From the NCBI GenBank assembly GCA_973895155.1, contig OZ316895.1:20474803-20538802 (forward strand): DNA of 64,000 nucleotides, read 5' to 3'. Every line of letters starts with the position of its first letter. Position 1 is the stretch's first letter. A program made the translations under genes and the position numbers. Below, one piece after another: positions 27,101-37,717 of the stretch. The notes beneath the pieces are model-generated. The model was not told the DNA's origin. It saw nothing but the letters and a program-made list of their open reading frames with translations, and ran no database searches. This DNA comes from Marsupella aquatica. Lineage: Eukaryota > Plantae > Marchantiophyta.

Positions 27101-29690
27101 AGTCATTAGACCTATACGCAAAGGTAGTGACTGGTGTCATGCAAATTTTTACAAATAGTCTTCAAAATAGAAGATATTAGTCACCTTGCTTAACCAGGCA
27201 TGACTCATTCTTTCTTGACAAAAAATGTGGCACAAAATGTATCAAGCAATACTAAAGGAAAGATATACATGCAATGTTTTTGACCACCAAGTCCATGTAC
27301 AATATTTCTCAAAACAAGCACCAACACATGCAAAAGTCATGAGTTTTGGATAGGTCTATTGCATTACTTACTCATATCCCAAATTCTTCATCTTATGTAG
27401 ATTTTTGGACAGCTTCTGTTCACACTGTGTAACTCCGGAAAGTGATTCTCAGCAAAAGTTTGCTACTAAAATGTACACAACTCAACATAGCACTAATTCA
27501 GAGGAACTGACCCAGGAAAAGTATTGAGCACTTTTGAAACGAGTATTCTATTTTGCTGTGACTGAGAGGACTCAGAATGGAAATAATTGAACTCTAGAAA
27601 CGAATCTAAATACTACAAACTTTCCAAAAAGACGAGGGCCCTCTCCTTCACAGCCTCTTCTTATACAATTATTATATTGAAATATTGTGTATTAATCTAT
27701 CTACTGTAATATTGAGGCATATAAATAGCTTTCTACTGAAAAGATGTGACTTTTTGTTTAAATGATTATTCCATTTTATAAACCAAACAAGATTATGTTC
27801 AGAGGTATTCTTAGTTTGCCATACTACCAGAACGTATTGGGCTTACAAAAAGTTAAAACACATACTGGGGAATGTTTCTCAGTCCCTATAATTATACCCA
27901 AGTAAAAATAAGTCAAAATCAACAACTTCCACTTCGACAGTTCCCTGCCAGGAGAAAACACAGATTCCCTGTCCGGGAAGGAAACGTCCTCCAAGCTCCG
28001 TTTCCCGGTTTTTTCCCATCTTGCATGGAGGTCTGTGCCCTGCCCTGCCCACTCAACCAAGCTGCCCTGGGCAATCACTGCTTCTTCACACTCCCACAGC
28101 CGATGACATTTCTCCAGGCTGCCCTGTCCTCTCTCGGCATCAGGATCCCCTGCCCCACTCGAAGATTCGCTTCTATGAGAATGAGATCTTTGGATTTGGA
28201 AATAGGCGGTCGGAAAAACGCACGACATGTGTGGATGAACTCCGGAAAAGTATGATACTAGCTAATAATAAATAGACAAATTGTCCGATATATACGGAAA
28301 CAATGTAGAACGATGCTATGGTAGCTTATCGATGAATAGATTACGCTGTAATAAATATGAGTTTAGCCATACGGTAGATTTCAGTTGCGGCCAAGCTGCC
28401 CGCGGTCGCATTGATGGGATTGACCGGGCTTACGGGGAAGGCGACCCGCTAATTGTGGGGCCCGCACGAAGGGCAGCAAAGAGAATCTTCAGAATGATTA
28501 GGAGCGTAATGAGAAGTGAAAGAGAATTTCGGAGCTAATCACCCGTTAATCACACGAGCCGTGCGAACGGATACTCTATTTATTTCTCCTTTACGGGCAA
28601 ATAGCCGCTATATTAGTTGTTATTATTAGAATTTTATTATCGTTCCGAGATTCAATAAATTTGTTTTGTTTTATGTTCCTCTCCGAAAAGCTTGGAAAAT
28701 ATTTCGTCATGGTCCTCTTGGACGATGCACACTTGCACAGCGCTTTGAGATTCCACATCCATGTCTACAGAAATTTTTGGGTGTATTTTGTGAATGAGAG
28801 TAATTGGCAAACGTCTCAACATCAAAATGAATCACAGATGGACCATATGTTGGACACAGTGCTCCAATGGACCACATTTTGATGGTACATGAGAATTTTA
28901 GACTTATAGTTTGATAATTATGAATCAGCAAGGCAACTAGAAAGGAAGTAATAAAGGTATATAGGGTATATTGGGTTTTAAGACCTTTATTGGGTCTAGA
29001 TAATAAATAGTTTATGAATATCAAATTATTATAATTAAACTCAAATTTTGGAAAATGTGACCATGGGGGTTTTAAGACCCTGGTTGTGATCCATGGGAGC
29101 ATCATTTTCCAAGATTCAAAGAGTGAAATAGAAAGCCGTACCTGATATATTTATCTATCTACATATATCCATCAATCTAGACTATATTACTTAATTCCAC
29201 CCCATTTGGACTATCCTTTGTTTATGAATTGTGATATGATTGAGAAGAAATCCTGGCTATAGGCTGAAATTTGTTTATTTGTTACTGTTCTATCATTAAA
29301 AAAACACCTTCCCGTGTGCGATCCATGCCTCACCCACACTCTCGCCATCATTCTGTGCCTTGTCCTATTCGGACCTCGCACTCACCAACCGGGCAATACA
29401 GAGCATCAGATCCATATATGGAATACCATTTTTGTGAATTCATTAAATTATAGTATGGCTTTATGTATTATTATTTTTTCAAGTGTGTATGTGTGGTTTT
29501 ATGTAAAACAGATAAGTTTTTAGATAGTGTATCTACAATAGGACGGTAAACTTATTAAGGACGAAAAGCAATATCGAGGCTAATCAATGCTTCTTAGCAA
29601 TGATTAGCCCGTGCGTACGCCCCTGCTGCCCGCTGTAACAGACGCTTTTATTAAGGTAAATACTATATGCGAACAGCAGTGGTCATCATT

Positions 29691-29771
29691 GGGTTAGGGA
29701 CTCGATGGTAGAGCGTCTGAGTGGGAAGTGATAGGTCGGGGGGTCAAATCCTGGCAAGTCATGATCCTTTT
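29691..29771 (+). other. Degenerate tRNA-like / SINE-head sequence
   Basis: gggactcgatggtagagcg (A-box/D-arm-like), then ggtcggggggtcaaatcc (B-box/T-arm-like), then TTTT. The acceptor and anticodon stems do not pair properly, so it is not a functional tRNA. Confidence 0.5.
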
Positions 29772-30624
29772 AACAATCACCCCACCCAAAAGTGGGGTTC
29801 ATTCAAACCCTAGTGACACTTAGAAAAATAGTGTCACCATTCGCGACAAACACGGGCAGCGGGCAGGGAATGTGGGCAGTCCGGTACGGGAGGCTCTTTA
29901 TGAGCCTCGAGATTGCTTTTCGTGCTGAATGTAAACTTAGGTTGGTCCTATTTAACACACAAAAATTAGGTTCAAGGGTGAATTTATTTCAAGGCAAAAT
30001 CACTCACATCTTGATTTGCGTACTTTGTAAGAGAAAAAAAGGACCGATTTACTAGAAGGGCCAAACAAAAATATACTGAACCCTAAACTTTCCTACTTCT
30101 CGGTTGGGTTTTCATTCTGCATAAAATTCAGATGAATGGAAATAGGAGAGAGTTACTGCTCAGTAGATGTGCTGGAGGAAACTCTGAAGTTTGATAAATG
30201 ACTTGGATAGACTATTGCAACACAAATGGATTATTTTCAAATATTGCTTTGAGCTCAAGTAGTGTCTTGGTACACATAGTCATTTTTCTTGGGTCTCAAA
30301 AGCTTCTTAGTCCATCTGAGTCGCATGGTTTGCTTGTGATCCATTGGGGCTTCTTTCTCTAAATCGCACTTGCCGTCAGGGTCATTTGTTAGGCTATACC
30401 TCCCTGATATTCATCTAAAGGGAACTAAAACTGGAAGTAATCCTGGGATGGACCACTTGCACAAACCTTGTAACCGGGATGGATCAGACCGGGATGGATC
30501 AGGTCACTCAACCCCCAAAAATGTGAATTTTCTAACCAAGGAATTGTTTTATCTGAATAAACTAAACCAAAACGAAAACTTCACTGTCACTCTGAATTGA
30601 AGTGTGACTCAAAACTGAAACACG

Positions 30625-31115
30625 GAGACCGTCGATCTTACGTGATTTCAGGCATTCAGGATCTCACCGTAAACCAATCGGAATAGAGTAATAATTGATC
30701 CTTTATCCTGCCCGCGGGAACCAGCCAAAATCTCTAGAACGGACTTACATAGACCGTCGATCTGAGTCGATTTCAGGTGTTGAGGACCCACAACGTAAAC
30801 GAACGGGAATAAAGTAATAATTGATCCTTTTTCCTGCGCGCGGGCAACAGCCAAAAACTCTCACAACTAAAATACAGAGACCGTCGATCTTCACAAATTT
30901 CATGTATTGAGGATCTACACCGTAAACCAACGGCAATCAAGTAATAATTGACCCTTGTCCTGCCCACGGGCAATAGCCAAAAACTCTTCAAACTGGAGAG
31001 GCCGTCGATTTTCACAAATTTGAGGCATTGAGGATCTTCACCGTACATCAATCGGAAGAAAGTAATAATGTTCCCTCGCCCTGCCCGCGGGCAGAACCCA
31101 AATACTCTCGAAACT
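30625..31115. repeat. Diverged tandem array, 4 units of about 125 bp
   Basis: The anchor accgtcgat/gccgtcgat recurs near 30628, 30753, 30880 and 31001. Each unit has aggatc..accgta, agtaataattga and cctgccc(g/a)cggg(c)a..agccaaaa. Confidence 0.9.
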
Positions 31116-31453
31116 GAAAGTCACGACTATTTGTCAGCATTGTCATCACGTACGACACTGGTACGTTCTGTGCTGAGAAAACATTTTCTTTGGCATGCCC
31201 GGGTATCCTACCGGTTCTACCGGTATCAAGAACACTGCCCGAATGGCGACTGGCTGTCGCCGTCGTCGTGCCGTCAAAAAACAGGTGACCGTTGTGGACG
31301 CAGTTGAGTACGACGGCAGTCTTCGACGGAGCTGCGCTTGTGCCGTCCATTTTGCTACGGCGGAGGTTTGAGGTTTGGCTGGACACCCGGAGGACCCAGT
31401 GGCCAGTCGGGGAGGGTGTCCCGACTGTAGCACTGACTCCTAGAACTCACACA

Positions 31454-32060
31454 GACCCCAGCCCTCATGCCGAACTGGAACTACAAGAGATCCTCATGGG
31501 ATGTGGTCGTGGTTGACCCTACCAGTGAGTCTAATGTGGCATCAACAGCTCATATTCAGGGACATGTTGTAGCACGGGTTGCTTGCCTTAAGGAGGAGGC
31601 TTATGGGGACAGTTTTGGTAGACGTCTTTGGTGTGTTGCACCCAACATTTGTCCTGTTCTTGTGTTCTTGTGCCGTTCATTATGTCGAGCAGAGGACCTA
31701 CCTCTCGGTGTTTGTTATCGCAGCCTTCTTTAGACAGCAGGTGTCTATTGCTCTGCAGAGGGCACATGCCTTCACTATTCTTTGTAGGGAAGAAGCGGTT
31801 GGTTTTTTGGGTCTCTAGTCCTTTGCTTGACCCTCCGATGCAGTTTACGCTTGAGCTATACCAAGCACTTCATTTTACCTATAGGTAGGGTGTAGGATTT
31901 GGGTTTTTGGTTCCACCTTGGGCTTTGGCCCTGGTCCTTTTGGCTTTGGCCCTTTGTTTTTTCTCCATTGATTGGGTTTCTTGCCTGCGGAATTTTGTCT
32001 CCGTGTTGGACGCTCTTTGTTTTAGGCAGTTTGAAATATATCATGTACAATGAAAATGCT
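31454..32060 (+). mobile_element. 5'-truncated non-LTR retrotransposon fragment with a restriction-like endonuclease C-terminus (CRE-clade-like) and 3' UTR
   Basis: Frameshifted ORF pieces join as DVVVVDPT...VARVACLKEEAY / VDVFGVLH...FLCSCA...FFRQQVSIALQRAHAFTIL. This matches the D..DPT...K..Y...(E)xFG...RxSxxLQR pattern of RLE-type LINEs. A T/G-rich 3' UTR follows. Confidence 0.7.
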
Positions 32061-32606
32061 GTGTGGCAATACACTTACTCCCTAACTTGTCTTATGAGAA
32101 TAGATGGCTATGTGTTTTATATACATATGGGTTAGTCTATGCTTTATGAATAAGTCAAAAGAGCATGGCCTTAGAACAGGCCAGCTATATGAGTATGAGG
32201 CCTGTGACCAAACCAAGGTGGTCACATAGGCTAAACAATATGGTGTAAATTGCATTACATAATAACTTACTGCCATTTGAAATCACATACTGAAGTAAGT
32301 AAAGAACCAAAAAAATTGCGTTCACAGAAGCGTATTCACTGTTTTCTGGATTGTCTATCATCATACATTATTTTATGTGACTTTGTGCACATTTCTTATT
32401 TTGAGGAACCATCAAAATAGCACTTACTCCTAGAACTCACACACATGGCCCTTGGGTTGTCTTAGGTCGAGCAAAGGTGATGAGGACAAGTGAATTTACA
32501 AATTTGGCGGAAGCCCCTCGCCCAAGATGAGTCATGGAAAGCTGTGTCATCAATAAGTTTAACCTATTGTTACACTCAACCTTCATTTAATGAGTCCTTT
32601 CCAACT

Positions 32607-32785
32607 AAAGTTGTGTTTCAATGCAAGAGTACCTCTTTTTATCTTTGTAGATTGGCAAAGTTGTGGTATCAAAAGACGAGAGTGACTTTTTTTGAAGCTT
32701 TGTAGATTGCTAAAGTTGTGATATCAATGCAAGAGGAGAACTTATTTTATCTTTGCAGTATGCTAAAGTTTGTCATCAATGCTAG
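32607..32785. repeat. Diverged 50-55-bp minisatellite, 3-4 units
   Basis: Recurrent aaagttgtg...tcaa...gag...tttt.....ctttg(t/c)ag. Confidence 0.7.
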
Positions 32786-35700
32786 ACAATATCTTCGTTT
32801 TCTATAGAAATCATTTTTACTCCTTTTCAACTAAAAGGTATCCACTCATTGCCTTTTGTTGTTTACTATTTGAAATCATTTTTTCCTCCTTTTCAACTAA
32901 ATTCCATTTTTATGTTTTCACTCCAAACCTATTGAATTTATTCGCTATTTGAATTGGCTCACAACCACAATAATTAGAATGAGTCTTGTAATTTTGGGGG
33001 AATTTCAGAATATTTGAGGGAATTCAAATGGCAGTACTGTACAGTTTCAAACATGTAATGGGCCGATTCTACAATATCGTCGCCAACAATATATTTTTTG
33101 GCCCCCATTACTCCAACTGAACTTTGATAAACCAATAAGTTACAGCAATGCTTTTATGTCCCAAAAAGCCATGTGGAGGGTTCTTCACAGCCTGAGTTCG
33201 CGACTAAGCTCTACACTAGTGTGTCTCAAACAAGCTGTTCCCTGAGGTCTCCACTGGCATGCTGTGGCCCGGGATAGTAGAATTTTTGTGATTCCCAAAA
33301 CTTCTATCACCACAAACTCGGGAGGCCAGTGCACCGGTGTCCGCACATATAAGCATGTCAGCACCCTTCAGAAAAAACTACCAATTTCAAATTTCTGATG
33401 ATGTCTAAAATTGACTCTGTCTGAAACCCCAAACCCCTTGGGTAAGTTTGCCCAAACCAGTTAGGCTTTCAGTCAGGGTTGCAAACAGAAATGAGTGAGT
33501 TCATGTAGGAAAACTAACCTTGGCTCCATCTATACAAAGAGTTGTGTGTTTCCTTCCCATTTGTATTTTACTCTCCATCAGCTAAGTAGGGTGGATGCAA
33601 AATAATTGTGGGTGCAATTAGTAAACATGAGCTAAGAAGGCATTGCACTCAGGTGAACCCAAGTCGAGTTATCTACCCATACTAATGTCCAGCATGTGCT
33701 AACCCCATATTAGTGGTCTTTCTTTATCCATGTATTTTTCATCAAAATTCTCTTTATTAGTATGCTTTTGTTGGCTTCTTTGGTATGAGGCCCACCACAC
33801 AATAGTGTCAAACATCCTCAATCTTGCTCATCCTGGGTGATGTCTGTTTATCAATTGGCATCTGGGCGGGAACAAATCTTTGCTGTTCGCTGGCAAACTG
33901 CTTTTTCACCACTGTATGATTGGCCATAAACACCTTCCCGAAAGCCCTTACCCATCACGCCCTTGCCTCACAGTCTGTGCCCATCTGTGTCTCACCCTTG
34001 CTATCTGTGCCCAGCCCTTGATATTGGTGCAACACACATGCATTGGGCTCGGTTGGCACAATAATATTTGACCTTGAGATCCCATCAATTGTTAAATTCT
34101 ATCCTACTAATAACTATTTCCCCTTCAAAAGGATTTCTCATATTAAAGGAATAACTAGTTTTATTTAGAATTGATATGAATTTTTATGAACAGTCTTCAA
34201 GCCAGGATAAATTATTTTTTAGTGACTTGGTAACTGTGCCCTCTCCTCACTGCTCATGGCTTTACAGAATGTTTGCCCCACTCTTAAAGCCCTCCCTGAC
34301 ATTTTGAATAGGTAATTGTCAGCTTTTTAATAAATATTGTGAATCTCTTCAAACAAGTGGTAGGTCTATTATGTTTCTTGGATGATGACTTTAGTAACTA
34401 GGGACAAGTAAGTCACTCGAATCATAAACATAAGAAACAAAAGTGTAATGAGTATTTAAAATAGAAGGGCTTGTCACTATTTCGAAGTCTTCGCTCCATG
34501 GAAAAGATGGCTTAGAGTTTGAGTATGACTCACTATGAGATGTTAACTACATATTACTTGAATATTAGAATTAAAAAAACATGCCATAATAAAGGATGGG
34601 GGCAAGACTAAAAACAAATAAAGCTAAAGAGGAGTCTGGGAAAAACATTAAGAGCATAAGAGGGGGACCAGGAATATTTCAAAATACAGACTTAATACAA
34701 CAGATGCACCTTGTCTTAGTCAAATTGAAACGAAACTCTCAATAAAACAAAGTTACCTAGTAGTCTCCTAAAAACAAGGTAAGACGAGAATATGATAAAT
34801 ATTGATCAAAGCTTGTCTTTCAAAGGAATAATGTACCTCAGTGTACATTATATTTATATTCAGCAGTTCATTCGTTATAGAGTGCACAGTTTATTTGATT
34901 CCCCTGATGTCAACAAAAGTTAGATTCTATAACGATAGCACAAGGACCGCACAATTTACTTTTAGGCTCCTCTTGGCCACCTGGCCTTTCTCAAGCCACC
35001 AAAGATAAATTAAAGCTAAGATTTAACTTTCTAAGAGACTGTAGAAACGACATGTCTTAGGATGAGCATCCAACCTATATAAAGTAAGGCAAAAAGGTTG
35101 CTTCCTCTCTAACTTTGGTTATAGAAATATTTACAAGATTCTTGCCTCGAGACTGGAGGTGCACCTTCATACTTCAGTCTTGACAATCTGCTTGATTTCT
35201 GGAGGGCCCAGGATAAAGGACTCCATAAGTTTTGTCCCTGGTTTTGTCTCATCCATTCCAATCAAGGCCACCAAGACCCTCCAGAATTCCAGGTGGCTCT
35301 GAGGCCTACGTGAGCGTTGATGGCGTATTGCACTCGAGGACCATGAAACTAATCTGAATCCGAATGAGTTTTCTCACTAAGTGGTTGATTAGTACTAATC
35401 AACAAGTAGAACTTAAAAATTGACCAATTGTCATGATTTACACCCATTGACACCCAGGCAGACCAAATGTAAACACCGCAACATACCATATCTAACCACA
35501 GAGCCACCTGCCAATGGCTAGGATCAGCCAAACTTGCCAAACCTCGCGCAAAACCTCACTCTTCTTGACTTCAGCCATCCCCACCGTCCATCAAGAAAGT
35601 AGCCATTGATGCCAAGCCCAACCTTTGCTCTCCCTAGCAAACCCAATGAGCAGGACTTTGCCAGCAGCTCACAATGCTTTGGTAAGGTACATCCCACAAA

Positions 35701-37668
35701 TAGTGAGGGGGAGGGTGATTGTCTAGCTGAGATATACGAGGGTGCAGGCAGGGAAAGATTTTAGCAATCCTAGCCATCAAGAGGGGGCTCTGTGGCTCAA
35801 AACTGTCCACTAATTAATTAATGTTAGTATCAGTATATTTGGCTTGAGTGTAAACCATGTCAATCTGTTAGTTTCATTGCCAGATTGGTAATATTCTCTA
35901 GCTTGTGTGACAACTTAGTCAATCCCAGTTTCTTTTCCTTGATGGCAAATCACCAAATGCTTATCCAAGATTTGGAAAATCAGTAAGTTTTATGGACCAA
36001 ATTCAGCACCTTGCTTTGACAGCCTAGTAGCCAGATCCAGCGGCAGTCCATAAAACAAAAGGAATTACAGATGAAATACGCTAACAGCCATCTCCCACTA
36101 TCATTAGTGATTCGCCACCAGACCCTAGTTGGCCCTATACGAAGAACACTGATCCAAGTATTTCACCTGCATTAATCTATCCCAACCAGCTTTTATTTTA
36201 GAGGTGCAAAATCGCTAGGTTTCTCGGGGGGTTTCACCTCTCTAAAAAGGCTTTGGCTAAAATTTCTGCCTTCCATAAGCAAGGTTCTAGAAGGGGGGGG
36301 GGGGGGAACTTCTAGAGGAGACAAGGAAATGCTTATGGAACTATTCTAGAGGAGACAGTCTCCCACCTACAGACCCCATTAGCGACACTCATAAATTAAT
36401 TTAGGAGCCCCCCTTCTAGAGAAGACACTCTCCCACCTACGGACAGACCCCATTAGCTAGAATCTAGGTAGATCTGCCTCAGAAATTGATTTAGTATAAG
36501 TAGATAAGTTGTATTTCTATGGAGCATCTTCTCCCTAGCGAATTCGCAACACTGGCAAAAAGAAAAAACCTGAAAAAAATCGCTGATCCCAACTTCATGG
36601 GAGATCATGTTCTGCCACCGTCCATAGCGTTGTAAAGGAGAAGACTGAAGGGGCGGCAAGGCTCACGAGAAAGCTGCCAGCCAACGATAGATGGGACTAC
36701 TCTGATGGCGATGATAGTACACCTACTCACTGGCCCACAGATCCAGTCTTACTAGAGCAGCTGATAGAGCGCGCACAAATCGCAAGTGCTTGAATTAATG
36801 TGGGAGACGAGGAATCACTCCTCAAACCAAAAACGATAAAACTCATCAGAATTTATATAAATCAGGGAAAATCAAAGTACATTGAAAGGAAAGAAAAAGG
36901 CTTTCAATGGACACTTTCGATTGCAAAGCGGCTATCCAAACAGTGAGTCCCCCGAATAGCTGCTTCGCAGAGAAAGGCTTCGTGTGATTGCCTGATCCAA
37001 TGCCCAATAGTTTACACTTTTCACATGAATCCTAACTTCCACCCTGATTGGTCGTTCTCACTAAAAGAAGATTGAGAGAGTACGTAAGCGATATGTTTCC
37101 GCATATATCAGCTGAATTCCAAAAGTCATTGCAAAAGAATGGAAATCGGAGATCACATCAAAATGGTCCGACAAGTGTCCCAGAGGTAGTTCAGCTGCCT
37201 CCCTGGGGATGTGCGAGGAGGCAAAAGTCATACCTACAGTACTGCCAAAGACTTCAGATTATTAACGAAGGCTGAACTTAGTCTCGAAGTAAGATGAATT
37301 GAGAATGTCGCTGACGTCCTAACATGCTGTTAAGTGAAGTCAGAAATCTTGACTTGTTAGAGGATGACTACTAACATGGAAAAACTAAACCCTTACCTTT
37401 TCTGGCCAGTAGGTAGGAGATCTAGCAGTCGTAAACACGAAGCTATGTATGATTGATGCAACCGAGGTTCCAATGAATGATCATGCCAGAAAGTCAGAAA
37501 CCGACCGAGAGAGAGTTGACAAACGGCAAAAGAGGACTTGGAGCAAGGTAGATCATCCAGACAAAGGAGCTGACATTGCTAATCAAAGTGATGGGCAGAC
37601 CCAACAGGAGAATAATCCCAGACGAAGAACAACCCAGCACCATCCCTGCGCCATGCTTTAAAATCTCC

Positions 37669-37671
<3 letters not shown>

Positions 37672-37715
<44 letters not shown>
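37672..37715. repeat. (AG)22 microsatellite
   Basis: Uninterrupted AG run. Confidence 0.95.

Positions 37716-37717
<2 letters not shown>

Noticed and set aside
29691-29771. Functional tRNA gene
   Set aside because: The acceptor and anticodon stems do not pair and the T-loop lacks canonical GTTC.
30625-31115. CRISPR-like repeat/spacer array
   Set aside because: Whole units are homologous with no unique spacers, there are no cas genes, and the context is eukaryotic.
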